From an uncultured delta proteobacterium (lineage in GTDB: Bacteria; Desulfobacterota; RBG-13-43-22), in the NCBI GenBank assembly GCA_963743305.1, contig CAVUPH010000006.1:181292-245291 (forward strand): a stretch of 64,000 nucleotides of DNA, in the 5' to 3' direction. A program made the translations under genes and the position numbers. Shown here piece after piece: positions 22,945-32,515 of this stretch. Below the pieces are notes generated by a model that saw only the letters and a list, made by a program, of their open reading frames with translations, did not search any database and had not been told where the DNA came from. Numbering within the stretch: the stretch's first letter is position 1; every line of letters begins with the position of its first letter.

Positions 22945-24585
22945 ATCAGCCACATCTTCGGGAATACCTCCGGTTTAAAAGCCTCCCAACTGAAAAAACT
23001 TCAGTATCTTTACCGCCGCCACATCCCCCCTCAGCAAGTCATCACGCTGGAATTAGCCCAATCTCTGGCGGATATCTCCTTTGAGATAAAACGTCAAATA
23101 GGCCTGCTCATCAACCGCCGAGGCGACCTGCTCTACGTCATGGTGGGTCATGACCATTCCCTGTTGATCCCCGATTTGTCCGAATTTCGAGGCGCTAAGG
23201 GCCGTCTCAAAGGCTTGCGTCTGCTACACACGCACTTTAAAGAGGAATCCCTGAATGAGGAAGACCGGACCGATCTGGCCCGCCTGCGTCTGGATCTGGT
23301 GACCGTCCTTGGTCTGGACCGGTCCGGAAACGCCCTCTGGCTGCAAACCGCCCACCTGCTTCCCGATAACCCCGAAGGACTGACTTTTAGAGTCTTGGAA
23401 CCCGAAAGACTGGGACAATCCCGACTGGAAGTGCAAAGCCTGGTCCGCTCTCTGGAGGAAGAATGGGGGCACAGGCTTTCGGTCCGCCGGGTGAGGCGTT
23501 CGGCGGAGCGGGCCATGTTGATCAGTATCACCCAACAGCCAAAATCCGTGGCCCAGGAATCCCTCGAGGAATTGAAAGAATTGGCCTACTCCGCCAACCT
23601 GGAGGTTGTGGAAACAGTTATCCAGACCCGGAAAGAAGTCAACCCTAAGTATTTGATGAGCAAGGACCGTTTGAGCAGCCTGTCCATCCGGGCTTTGCAA
23701 CTGGAGGCCACCCTGTGGGTATTTGACCAGGAATTGAATCCCTCCCAGGTCAGTTCCATCACGGATTTCACCGACCTGAAGGTCATCGACCGCACCCAGT
23801 TGATCCTGGACATCTTTGCGCAGCGAGCCAGGACCCGGGAGGGGAAGATTCAGGTGGAGATGGCCCAATTGAAGTATATTCTGCCCCGCTTGAAGGGCCG
23901 GGATGACGCCCTCTCCCGGTTAACCGGGGGCATCGGCGGTCGGGGGCCGGGAGAAACCCGGTTGGAGATCGACCGGCGGAGGGTTCGCGAAAAAATTCAC
24001 CGTCTGCAACGGGATCTGGAGGCCATTCGCAGCCAGCGTCAACAACGGCGAGGGAAGCGGGAACGAAGGAACATTCCCGTTATTTCCATCGTGGGATATA
24101 CCAATGCCGGAAAATCCACCTTGCTGAATACCCTTACCCACAGCCGTTTGGCGGCCGAGGATCGTCTTTTCGCGACGTTGGATCCCACCAGCCGCCGGCT
24201 CAAGTTTCCCCACGACCGGGAAGTGATCATTACCGATACGGTGGGTTTCATTAAAAACCTGCCCAAAGATCTTCTGACCGCCTTTAGGGCTACCCTGGAA
24301 GAATTGGAGAATGCGGACTTGATCCTCCAGGTACTGGATATCAGCAACCCCCGTTTCGAGGAACATATGACCGTAGTAGAAAATCTTCTGAACCAACTCG
24401 GGCTTTCCACGATTCCCAGCTTGCGTGTTTTCAACAAAATAGACCGGGTGACCAAAGAATATGCCCAAATCCAGCGTTCCCGTTATCAGGCCGTCTTGGT
24501 CTCGGCGCTGCAAGAGCAGACTCTTGGGGAATTGATGGAACGACTCGAAGCGCTTATTGAGGAGCGCCAGGCCGACCATCGCTGA
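22945..24585 (+). CDS. hflX: GTPase HflX, long form (probable ATC start)
   Basis: LILDIFAQRA, GGIGGRGPGE, GYTNAGKST, LFATLD, DTVG, NKID; TAAGGAGG SD 5 nt before ATC 22945. Confidence 0.9.
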   Translation: MSHIFGNTSGLKASQLKKLQYLYRRHIPPQQVITLELAQSLADISFEIKRQIGLLINRRGDLLYVMVGHDHSLLIPDLSEFRGAKGRLKGLRLLHTHFKEESLNEEDRTDLARLRLDLVTVLGLDRSGNALWLQTAHLLPDNPEGLTFRVLEPERLGQSRLEVQSLVRSLEEEWGHRLSVRRVRRSAERAMLISITQQPKSVAQESLEELKELAYSANLEVVETVIQTRKEVNPKYLMSKDRLSSLSIRALQLEATLWVFDQELNPSQVSSITDFTDLKVIDRTQLILDIFAQRARTREGKIQVEMAQLKYILPRLKGRDDALSRLTGGIGGRGPGETRLEIDRRRVREKIHRLQRDLEAIRSQRQQRRGKRERRNIPVISIVGYTNAGKSTLLNTLTHSRLAAEDRLFATLDPTSRRLKFPHDREVIITDTVGFIKNLPKDLLTAFRATLEELENADLILQVLDISNPRFEEHMTVVENLLNQLGLSTIPSLRVFNKIDRVTKEYAQIQRSRYQAVLVSALQEQTLGELMERLEALIEERQADHR

Positions 24586-24603
24586 TGGACACACTTTTTC
24601 TTC

Positions 24604-24632
24604 TTGACCGCCTCTACCCCTTAAACTATAAT
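24604..24632 (+). promoter_or_regulatory. sigma70-type promoter upstream of fdh
   Basis: TTGACC-17 bp-TATAAT. Confidence 0.7.
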
Positions 24633-24763
24633 CGACCTGATTTTCAGTCTGGCCCGGTATTCAATATTTTTTTAAGTGATTCAAGAGAGTTATAGGTTCC
24701 CATCCGTCATACCTCGGGAAAAAGGCACAGGGCCGAATGTAAGAAAGGAGTCTCTGACCCCCC

Positions 24764-27548
24764 ATGGAAAAAGTTCACCTAACGATTAACGGTCAACAAA
24801 TTGAAACCCTGGCTGGAAAAACCGTCTGGGAGGCGGCCACGGAGTCCGGGTTCACGATTCCTGTTCTGTGCCACCATCCGGCCCTCCCCCCGGACGGCGC
24901 CTGTCGAATTTGCGTGGTGGAGAGAGAGCCGCAGGGTTCCCTGGAGACGGCCTGCAACTTTCCGGTTGAGGAAGGGTTGGTCCTCCAAACCCATTCGCCC
25001 AAAGTGATCGAGGCCCGGAAAGCCGTCCTGGAATTGTTGCTTTCCAATCACCCGCTGGACTGCTTGACCTGTGAAGCTACCGGGAACTGCCTCCTTCAGG
25101 ACCTGGCCTATGAATATGAGGTTAAAGGCACCCGTTTTACGGGAGAACGGCAACAGTTCCCCATCGACACCTCCAATCCCTTTATTCAAGTGGACCGCAA
25201 TAAATGTATTTTATGCCGTCGCTGTGTCCGGGCCTGCAAATATATAAACGGCGTCGAGGCGGTGAAAATCATCGAAAGGGGTTTCAACGCCGTCATCGCT
25301 TTTGGCGAGGACACCGAGGCCGGCATGGCCCAGAGCCCATGTGAGTTTTGCGGCAGTTGTCTGGCCATCTGTCCCACCGGCGCCCTGACGGCCAAGATGT
25401 CTCTCGGCCGAGGCCGGAACTGGGAATACCGGAGCGTCAAGACCACCTGTTCCTACTGCGGCGTCGGTTGCCAGCTTGATCTAAAGGTGAAAGATAATAC
25501 CATCGTCCGAGTGGATTCCTCCTGGGGATCTCCGGCCAACCGCGGTTGGATGTGCGTCAAGGGCCGCTTTGGCTATGACTATGTCAGCCATCCCGATCGC
25601 CTGACCAAGCCCCGGGTGCGTAAGTATTTGTTGGAAGGAGAACGGACCGCCAAACGATTCGGCGATCCCTGGGTGGAAGTGGATTGGGACACGGCCCTGG
25701 ACTTGACTGCCAATCGGTTACGGGCGATTCGCGACGAAGACGGCGGTGACCGGATCGGGGTCCTGACTTCGGCTAAGTGTTTGAATGAAGAAAATTATCT
25801 GATGAATAAATTCGCCCGGCAGGTTTTAGGGACCAACAATATAGACCATTGCGCCCGCCTCTGACACAGCAGCACCGTGGCCGGTCTGGCCATTTCCTAC
25901 GGTTCGGGCGCCATGTCCAATTCGATTGAAGATATTGCCGAACAGGCCCGAGCCTTTTTGGTGATCGGATCCAATACCACCGAACAGCATCCGGTGATCG
26001 GGTTCCGGGTCCGCCAGGCCGTCAGACAACGGGGAGCCGTGCTGATCCTGGCCGATCCCCGACGGATCCCCCTGGCGGATTTCGCGACCTTGCACCTGCG
26101 TCATCATCCGGGCACCGATATCGCCCTGGTGAATGGACTGATGCATATCATCCTCTCTCAGGGCTGGGAAGACCAATCCTTTATCGCCGAGCGGACGGAA
26201 GGTTTTGAGGAATTCAAGAAAGGGATCCTGACTTATACTCCGGAACATAGTGTCCCAGATTACCGGAGTCCCCCTGACACAACTCCAGGAGGCGGCCGAA
26301 CTGATGGCCAAAAACCGACCCATGGCCGTACTCTGGGCCATGGGTATCACCCAGCATATCACCGGGGTCAGCAATGTCCAGACGCTGGCCAATCTACAAA
26401 TGGTCTTGGGCAACATGGGTATCCCCGGAGGCGGCGTCAACCCCTTGCGAGGACAGAACAATGTCCAGGGGGCCTGCGACATGGGCGGTCTGCCCAATGT
26501 CTATCCGGCCTACCAGGCCGTGACCGACCCCGAGGTCCAGCGGAAATTTGAAGCCGCCTGGGGGGTCCCTTTGTCACCCAAGGTGGGGATGACGGTTACC
26601 GAGATGATGCCCGGCATTCCCGAGGGGAAGATCAAAGCCCTCTATATACTAGGCGAAGATCCGATAATGAGCGATGCGGATACGAATCATGTGCGTCATT
26701 GCCTCAAGGAATGTTCCCTGGTCATACTCCAGGAACTCTTTTCCTCCGAAACCGAACCCTACGCCGACATCCTCCTGCCGGGAACAAGTTTTGCTGAAAA
26801 AACAGGCACCTTTACAAATACCGAACGACGGATCCAAATGGTCCGGAAGGCCATTGACTCCCCGGGAGAGGCTCGCGAGGATTGGCGCATCATCTCCGAG
26901 CTCGCCCGGCGCCTTCTCTCCCAAGGAGAGCGACGGGTGAGTGACGGGACCTACGGCGGATGGGAATATCAGCGCACCTCGGAAATTATGGAAGAGATCG
27001 CCGCTCTTTCCCCCAGTTATGCCGGGGTGACCCACGAGCGCCTGGAGCGGGGGGAAACCTTTCAGTGGCCGGTGAAGAACAGCACCGACCCCGGGACCCC
27101 GGTCCTGCATGTGGGAAAATTCGCCCGTGGAGTGGGGAAATTTACGGTTAACGAAAATCTCCCGGCCGCAGAAATGCCGAGCCGTGAATATCCCTATCTT
27201 CTGAGCACCGGAAGGGTGCTCTACCACTGGCACGGCGGACAGATGTCCCGAAGGGCCAAGGGCCTGTTGGAAATCTATCCCCGGCCGTTGGTTGAACTCA
27301 ATCCGGCCGATGCCAAGAAGCTGGGTATGAATGGAAATAAACGGATTCGGGTCACTTCCCGAAGAGGAATGATCGAGAGTGATGCCTGGATCACCGACCG
27401 CGTCCCCCCGGGGATGGTCTATGGAAATTTTCATTTTCCGGAGGCCTCGGTTAACGAGTTGACCAACTCCGCCCTGGACCCGGTGTCCAAAATTCCAGAA
27501 TACAAAATATGCGCCGTGCGGGTCGAAGCGCTGAAGGAAACCAACTGA
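24764..27548 (+). CDS. fdhF: formate dehydrogenase alpha subunit, selenocysteine-containing (TGA 25862-25864; +1 frameshift near 26249)
   Basis: N-terminal 2Fe-2S/4Fe-4S clusters, [49 protein letters not shown]; removing A26249 gives YTPEHVSQITGV. Confidence 0.92.
25877..25893 (+). promoter_or_regulatory. SECIS element of fdh
   Basis: GTGGCC-GGTCT-GGCCAT, 13 nt after UGA, resembling fdhF-type SECIS. Confidence 0.88.
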
Positions 27549-27648
27549 GGCAGGTCCATCGTCTCAACCAGCCTTTTTTGGGCCCCCTCTTCTACCCCCT
27601 TTCGGCCCATTGACTCCGCCGGCGTGGGAGAGGGGCTTTTTTTGGTAT

Positions 27649-27870
27649 GTCGTTTCGCTCTTTTGGGTGAGTGGCTAAGATAGAGGGCCGCTTAATACGA
27701 AAATAAAATAACCCCGTTCCCCAGGTCATTGCGAGGAGAGAAGCGACGAAGCAATGACGGATATCCCAAATATTTTAATGGTTCGGGGTAGCCGCTACGG
27801 CCACGGAATTCCGATTTCAGGCTAAACTACCCCAGTTTGTGGCCCTCCACCCAAAAGGACGAACTACCTT
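27649..27870 (+). mobile_element. deleted MITE copy C with a nested REP-like palindrome (27725-27758)
   Basis: Ends ttcgctcttttgggtg / cacccaaaaggacgaa match the family; core replaced by accccg...gtcattgcgagg..gcaatgac...cggggt. Confidence 0.7.
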
Positions 27871-27945
27871 TCATTTTCAAATACGTGTTGACTATAATTC
27901 TGGAGTGGTTAGTATTGATTGAAATACTAAATAGCGAGGATCTCT

Positions 27946-28437
27946 ATGGATATTCGAAAGATTTATGAATACGCCCTGCAGCGTGAGATAGAAGGAAAGC
28001 GTTTTTTTGAACAAAATGCCGAGCGCTTCGCACACGCGGCAGCCGTCGGGGTCTTTAAGAATTTGGCGCTGGAGGAACAAAAACATATCGAGTTTATCAA
28101 TCGGCAGCTTCAGGATCTGGATCAGGAGGTTTCTTCTGCCTCGCCCGCGGGTTTGGAGGTGGAGAATCCGAATTTTTTCCTCAAGAAAGCCGAAAACGAA
28201 CTGATCGACCAGACCGTCCTTCAATCCATGGTACCGGTCCTGCCGATTCTACGAATGGCTTATCTCATCGAACGAGACTTTGCCGAATTCTACCGGATGG
28301 CGGCCGATCGAGTGGAAGGGAAGGCCAAACAGTCCCTGGAAAAGTTGGCCCTCTGGGAAAAGGGTCATGAAAATCTGTTCAAAAACCTCCATGATCGGGC
28401 CTTTGAAGAATACGCCCAGATGCCTTGGGGGGGCTGA
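27946..28437 (+). CDS. ferritin-like / rubrerythrin-family protein
   Basis: E..G..FF, LA.EE.KH, IE..F..FY, LA.WE.GH di-iron motifs; MPWGG end. Confidence 0.88.
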   Translation: MDIRKIYEYALQREIEGKRFFEQNAERFAHAAAVGVFKNLALEEQKHIEFINRQLQDLDQEVSSASPAGLEVENPNFFLKKAENELIDQTVLQSMVPVLPILRMAYLIERDFAEFYRMAADRVEGKAKQSLEKLALWEKGHENLFKNLHDRAFEEYAQMPWGG

Positions 28438-28464
28438 TCATTTTCCGAACCCGTTGGCCTCGGG

Positions 28465-28503
28465 TCGCAATGAAGGTTCTGTCGACTTTTTGCGAACTCA
28501 TCA
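28465..28503 (+). repeat. right end of the TIR-wrapped REP element
   Basis: tcgcaatga..gactttttgcgaactcatca; overlaps the stop codon of the convergent gene. Confidence 0.65.
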
Positions 28504-28998
28504 CCAGTCACTCTGGAAAAGCATGCTCTTTCCATTTTTTAGACTCAGTTCATCCTGCAACTTTTGAAAACGGGTACTGATCACACTGGCCACATTGCTC
28601 ATGACCAGGTAACCGATTCTGGGGTCCTTGCTGAAAAGCTTTATCAGGCAATCCCGATTAATCTGGAGGACCTCAACGTCCGTGGTGAGGGCATAGGCGG
28701 AAAGCCGGTAAATATTTGGCGGGACCAGACTGGACCAGCCAAAAACCTTCCCGGGGAGTATCTTGGAAATAGACATCTCTCCGGCACTCTCTCGCCCCGG
28801 CAGATCAAAGCGCAAGTCGATTTGGCCGTCAACAACCGCCCAGAGGAAAAAAGCATCGTCATCTTCGCTGAATATCTTATCCCCCTGTTTAAACAACTTC
28901 ACCTGGCAGCAGGGTTTGAGGAACTTCAACTGAATGGCATCTAAACCTCTAAAAACTTCCACCTGTCCCAAAAATCCGATTAAATCCATAAGGCCCAC
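28501..28998 (-). CDS. cyclic nucleotide-binding domain protein
   Basis: F.GL, G..IF.E.D, PGKVFGWSSL.PP..Y..SA. Confidence 0.85.
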   Translation of the reverse strand: MGLMDLIGFLGQVEVFRGLDAIQLKFLKPCCQVKLFKQGDKIFSEDDDAFFLWAVVDGQIDLRFDLPGRESAGEMSISKILPGKVFGWSSLVPPNIYRLSAYALTTDVEVLQINRDCLIKLFSKDPRIGYLVMSNVASVISTRFQKLQDELSLKNGKSMLFQSDW

Positions 28999-29095
28999 CT
29001 CTTCTTTCTCTGGGAAAAAGGTTATTTTGGTTTCAAATAAACCAGTTACCTAGGGCCCCTTTGGCTATCCTTCCTAACCGAATAAATACCCTTCC

Positions 29096-30124
29096 CTACT
29101 TTTTTGTATAACCGCTCGGGACCTCAAAGGATTCTCCCGGAACCGGGTCGGTATTGAGCGACTTTACTTCCATGGTGCTGGAAAAGAAGGGTGCGCCCTT
29201 TCCCCCCGACATTTTCTCTTCCGCCTTTTTTTGGACGACCTTTCCTAAAAGACCGCTGACCAGTCCGCCCAGTCCACCGGAGACATCCGTGGGTCGATCC
29301 CGCGAAGACGAATCCTCCCGAGCCGCTCCTTCCTGGCCCTCGCTTTCAAAATTCCAATCGATGACAGTCCGGATAGGGTAGCCTTTGATTTTGCCCATCT
29401 CGTTTTTCACCCGCCCCAGCCCTTTTTGTATCTCCTCCGGGGAGGCCTTGGACATGGCGGCCATGGCGGCCATCCCCATCTGGCGGGCCTCTTCCGTGGA
29501 AATTTCACTGCCCAGCAGTTTGGCCAGTGCGCGGTTAAACCGTTGTTCCTCGGCCTGGACCTTCTTGATGGTGGCTGTCTCCGGGGTCGTCCAGAGGTTG
29601 GTCGTCATGGTACTGCGGGATTTGGCCTTGGTCTCCAGGTCCTCCATTTCCAGCAGCCAGGTGACCAGATATTCCTCGCAAGAAAAACCGTTGATGGTGT
29701 CGGAGGCCCCGGTCTTTTTGACCGAAAACTCCGATCGGGTGATTCGAGCCGTTGACTTTTCCGGTTTCTCCTCCCGTTGCGGTTGCTCGGCAGCCGGCCT
29801 CTTTAAGGGCTGGATCGGGGTCTCGGTATAGGTCCTCTTTTTGGTATCCAGGGCCCAGGTCAAGGCCTTATCCACCCGGGTGATGGTAACCGTTTCCGTC
29901 TCCCCCGCCAGTTTGGAAAGAAAAGCCCCGGTGAATTTCAGGTTGTTGGAATCCCATTTTTTTTCACCTTGAATTCGATGAGTCATCATTCCCTCGGCGG
30001 CCCCCATTCCCTTTATTCCACCGGTTTTAAAAAAAGTCTCCACCGTGGCATCGCCCCAGGCCGCGGGGACATTCATGGCCCAAATGAAAAATAACCCGAT
30101 TACCCCAATCATCCCACGCTTCAT
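29096..30124 (-). CDS. secreted hypothetical protein (DUF4412-like)
   Basis: Signal peptide, KKTG..TINGF.CEEY, FEVPSGY C-terminus. Confidence 0.65.
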   Translation of the reverse strand: MKRGMIGVIGLFFIWAMNVPAAWGDATVETFFKTGGIKGMGAAEGMMTHRIQGEKKWDSNNLKFTGAFLSKLAGETETVTITRVDKALTWALDTKKRTYTETPIQPLKRPAAEQPQREEKPEKSTARITRSEFSVKKTGASDTINGFSCEEYLVTWLLEMEDLETKAKSRSTMTTNLWTTPETATIKKVQAEEQRFNRALAKLLGSEISTEEARQMGMAAMAAMSKASPEEIQKGLGRVKNEMGKIKGYPIRTVIDWNFESEGQEGAAREDSSSRDRPTDVSGGLGGLVSGLLGKVVQKKAEEKMSGGKGAPFFSSTMEVKSLNTDPVPGESFEVPSGYTKK

Positions 30125-30310
30125 AATCGCTCCTGAAAAAGTATTTACGTCCAGCGCCCTCTTCTACCGAAAACCCAAATGGCCTATCGGACATTTGGGC
30201 CCCTTACTGACCTTACTGTAAGTTAAGGGAATCCACGGGAAACTGTCAAGGAGAAAACCGGGTTCAAAACCTCACCAGGCTGAAGGAAAAGTTATAATCG
30301 TTATTCTTGA

Positions 30311-30371
30311 GGGATTGCTTCGTCGCTTCGCGCCTCGCAATGACAGCCCGGGGCTTTTGGCGAGAACACTA
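30311..30371 (-). repeat. long-type REP unit (30313-30344) plus degenerate TIR
   Basis: gattgcttcgtcgcttcgcgcctcgcaatgac followed by ..ggcttttggcgaga. Confidence 0.8.
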
Positions 30372-30635
30372 TTCTTTAGTTCCATCCAGCAGTTCCCTTA
30401 TAACCGGCCTGATATAAATGTCCCCGAGAGGAAACCGCGTCAGCACCCCGACCATGATTTCTATTTTCTCCTTCACCGTCGACCGGGCGTGGATAATCAA
30501 AACATATTCCCCTTTCAAACGACAGAGCCCGCCCGCACTGGACGATTCTTCCAGGTTTACGATCTCGTAGCGAACCTCTATCCCCAGCTTATGGGCCAGC
30601 GCTTCGAGTTGATCCAAAAGGAATTCGTCACTCAT
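30369..30635 (-). CDS. small conserved hypothetical protein
   Basis: LGIEVRYE..GGLCRLKGE..IYIRP.IRE pattern. Confidence 0.75.
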   Translation of the reverse strand: MSDEFLLDQLEALAHKLGIEVRYEIVNLEESSSAGGLCRLKGEYVLIIHARSTVKEKIEIMVGVLTRFPLGDIYIRPVIRELLDGTKE

Positions 30636-30736
30636 TGGAAGGCCTTTTTTCCAACCAATCGAAATAATGCCTCTATATAAATAAACCCCAACCTATTATC
30701 CTTGTCAGGGACCCTCTTGGCAATCTATATTAACCA

Positions 30737-31564
30737 ATGCAAAAGAAAAGGCTCTATGCTTTCCCCTTTAAGATCGGGACGACCTCCATGGTTTTTGGGG
30801 AGGATTTATTGGAAAACGTACGGCGACTGTCCCCCCTGGTTGATTTTGTGGAAATCGTCCTCTTCCGGACCCCAGACCTGCATAATCTGCCCACGGCCTT
30901 GGAGATCCGTGAATTAATAAAAATCGGCGGTGGAGAAGGACTTGGTTTCACGGTCCATCTGCCGGCCTCTCTGGAACCGGCATCGACGGACAAAAACCTC
31001 CGGGACGAGTCCCTAAAAACGATCCGCGAGATCTGCGGTCGACTGGAAGAACTGAACCCCGCACATTTTATCCTCCACCTGCCCTTTTCGCCTCCCACGT
31101 TGGTCCCGGTCCCGGATTTTTACTTTAAGACGAAAGACCCCGCCGGGGATTGGAACAGGTGGAGCAACAGGGCGGCCGAGGCATTAAACGCGCTTAGGGT
31201 CATTTGTCCTTCCTCGGAAGCGTTGCTGCTGGAAAATATCAACTATTCACCCCGCTTCCTGGAGCCTTTTTTAAAGGAAGGCCCTTGCCGATTATGCCTC
31301 GATCTGGGACACCTGCTCCTGGGTCGGGAAACGGTACTGGAGCAGCTCAGGGAATACTACGGGCATATTCAGGAGATCCATCTGCACGGCGTCAGCGGCC
31401 ACGAAGAACACTTGAGTCTGACTCACCTGCCGGTCGAACGTCTTCAAAAGTGGTTGGCCTTTTTAAAAGAATCCGGTTATCGAAAATGGGTTACCCTGGA
31501 ACTTTTCAGTCCGGAAGAACTTCAGGAATCGCTGGCCATTCTTTCCCGGCTGCTCTTAACCTAA
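30737..31564 (+). CDS. cbiR: cobamide remodelling phosphodiesterase CbiR-like (AP endonuclease 2 / TIM barrel)
   Basis: PFKIGTTS, VEIVLF, TVHLP, LLEN, CLDLGHL, HLHGV..H.SL, TLELF. Confidence 0.7.
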   Translation: MQKKRLYAFPFKIGTTSMVFGEDLLENVRRLSPLVDFVEIVLFRTPDLHNLPTALEIRELIKIGGGEGLGFTVHLPASLEPASTDKNLRDESLKTIREICGRLEELNPAHFILHLPFSPPTLVPVPDFYFKTKDPAGDWNRWSNRAAEALNALRVICPSSEALLLENINYSPRFLEPFLKEGPCRLCLDLGHLLLGRETVLEQLREYYGHIQEIHLHGVSGHEEHLSLTHLPVERLQKWLAFLKESGYRKWVTLELFSPEELQESLAILSRLLLT

Positions 31565-31629
31565 AAGATATTTGCTTTGATCGGCCAAGGTGTGATAATG
31601 ATCGAAAAACCCTGCGGGAGGAAATTGCC

Positions 31630-32355
31630 TTGGCTGATTTAAACTCCATTTCCAAAGATCTGATCGAACATCTGGAACTCCAATACGCCCCGGTGGGGAT
31701 CACTCTTTTCCGAGAAGGAGAAACGACGCCGTCTGATATTCCGTTTTCTCCGGAAAATTTGAAAAGTTATTGCCAGGCCCTGGTCCTGGCTGGTGAGGGC
31801 CGCACGCTGCTCTTAAAAAAAGAGCAGTTGGGCTGCAAGCTGGGCACCTCGGTCCTGGGGATGGAAGAGGAGATGGAAGCCTACCTGGATGACGGGGTGC
31901 TGGAAAAATACGGGGTAGGCCTTTTTGCGACGGAAGAAGCCTCGGCCGAAACCCTGCTGAAATCCACTTACCTCCCCAAAGGAAAAACCCGGTCGGTGCT
32001 CATCGCCCCCTTGAAGGCCTTCAGCGGCCTTCCGCAGGTCGTAGTCTTTACCGCCAGCAGCGAGCAGGTTATGTGGCTGCTCTATGCCCTGAATTATGAA
32101 AAAGGCGGCCGCCAGGAGCTGCCCCAATCCGGCGGGGCTTTGGGCGGCTGCGCCGATATCACCGCCTGGCCGCTTCTGGAAGGGCAGCCCAATGTGACCT
32201 TTTTGGGTTTGGGTTGCCGGATCAAGTCAGCTATTGATGCCTGCCATCTGATGATGGGCCTTCCCGGATCCCTACTGGAACCCCTTCATACCCATATATT
32301 AGAAATGGCCAAGCCTATCTCCATGCTTAAAAACGCCCGGCCGAAGAAAACGTAA
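31630..32355 (+). CDS. DUF169 domain protein
   Basis: PVGI, YCQ, GC..G...LG, P.VV, GCAD, GCR; TTG start after GGAGG. Confidence 0.8.
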   Translation: MADLNSISKDLIEHLELQYAPVGITLFREGETTPSDIPFSPENLKSYCQALVLAGEGRTLLLKKEQLGCKLGTSVLGMEEEMEAYLDDGVLEKYGVGLFATEEASAETLLKSTYLPKGKTRSVLIAPLKAFSGLPQVVVFTASSEQVMWLLYALNYEKGGRQELPQSGGALGGCADITAWPLLEGQPNVTFLGLGCRIKSAIDACHLMMGLPGSLLEPLHTHILEMAKPISMLKNARPKKT

Positions 32356-32406
32356 AGATAAGAACGCGGAGCGCTCTTTCCCATGAGTTAAAAGAAACGA
32401 TTCGAC

Positions 32407-32491
32407 AAATTCCACCTCGCTCCTCTTCACCAAAGGGGAAAAATCATTCCCTAAAACCCCCTCCTTTTACAAAAGGAGGCTGGGAGGGATT
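32407..32491. repeat. double-hairpin CCCCTTT/AAAGGGG-type palindromic element
   Basis: tcctctt-cacc-aaagggga and ctcctttt-ac-aaaaggag inside aattcc...gggatt. Confidence 0.5.
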
Positions 32492-32515
32492 CTAATAATC
32501 GAATAAGAGGAAAGT

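Noticed and set aside
28435-28465. Sec read-through at the ferritin-like gene's TGA (hairpin acccg..cgggt follows)
   Set aside because: MPWGG looks like a natural C-terminus, there is no redox motif, and the hairpin belongs to a repeat remnant.
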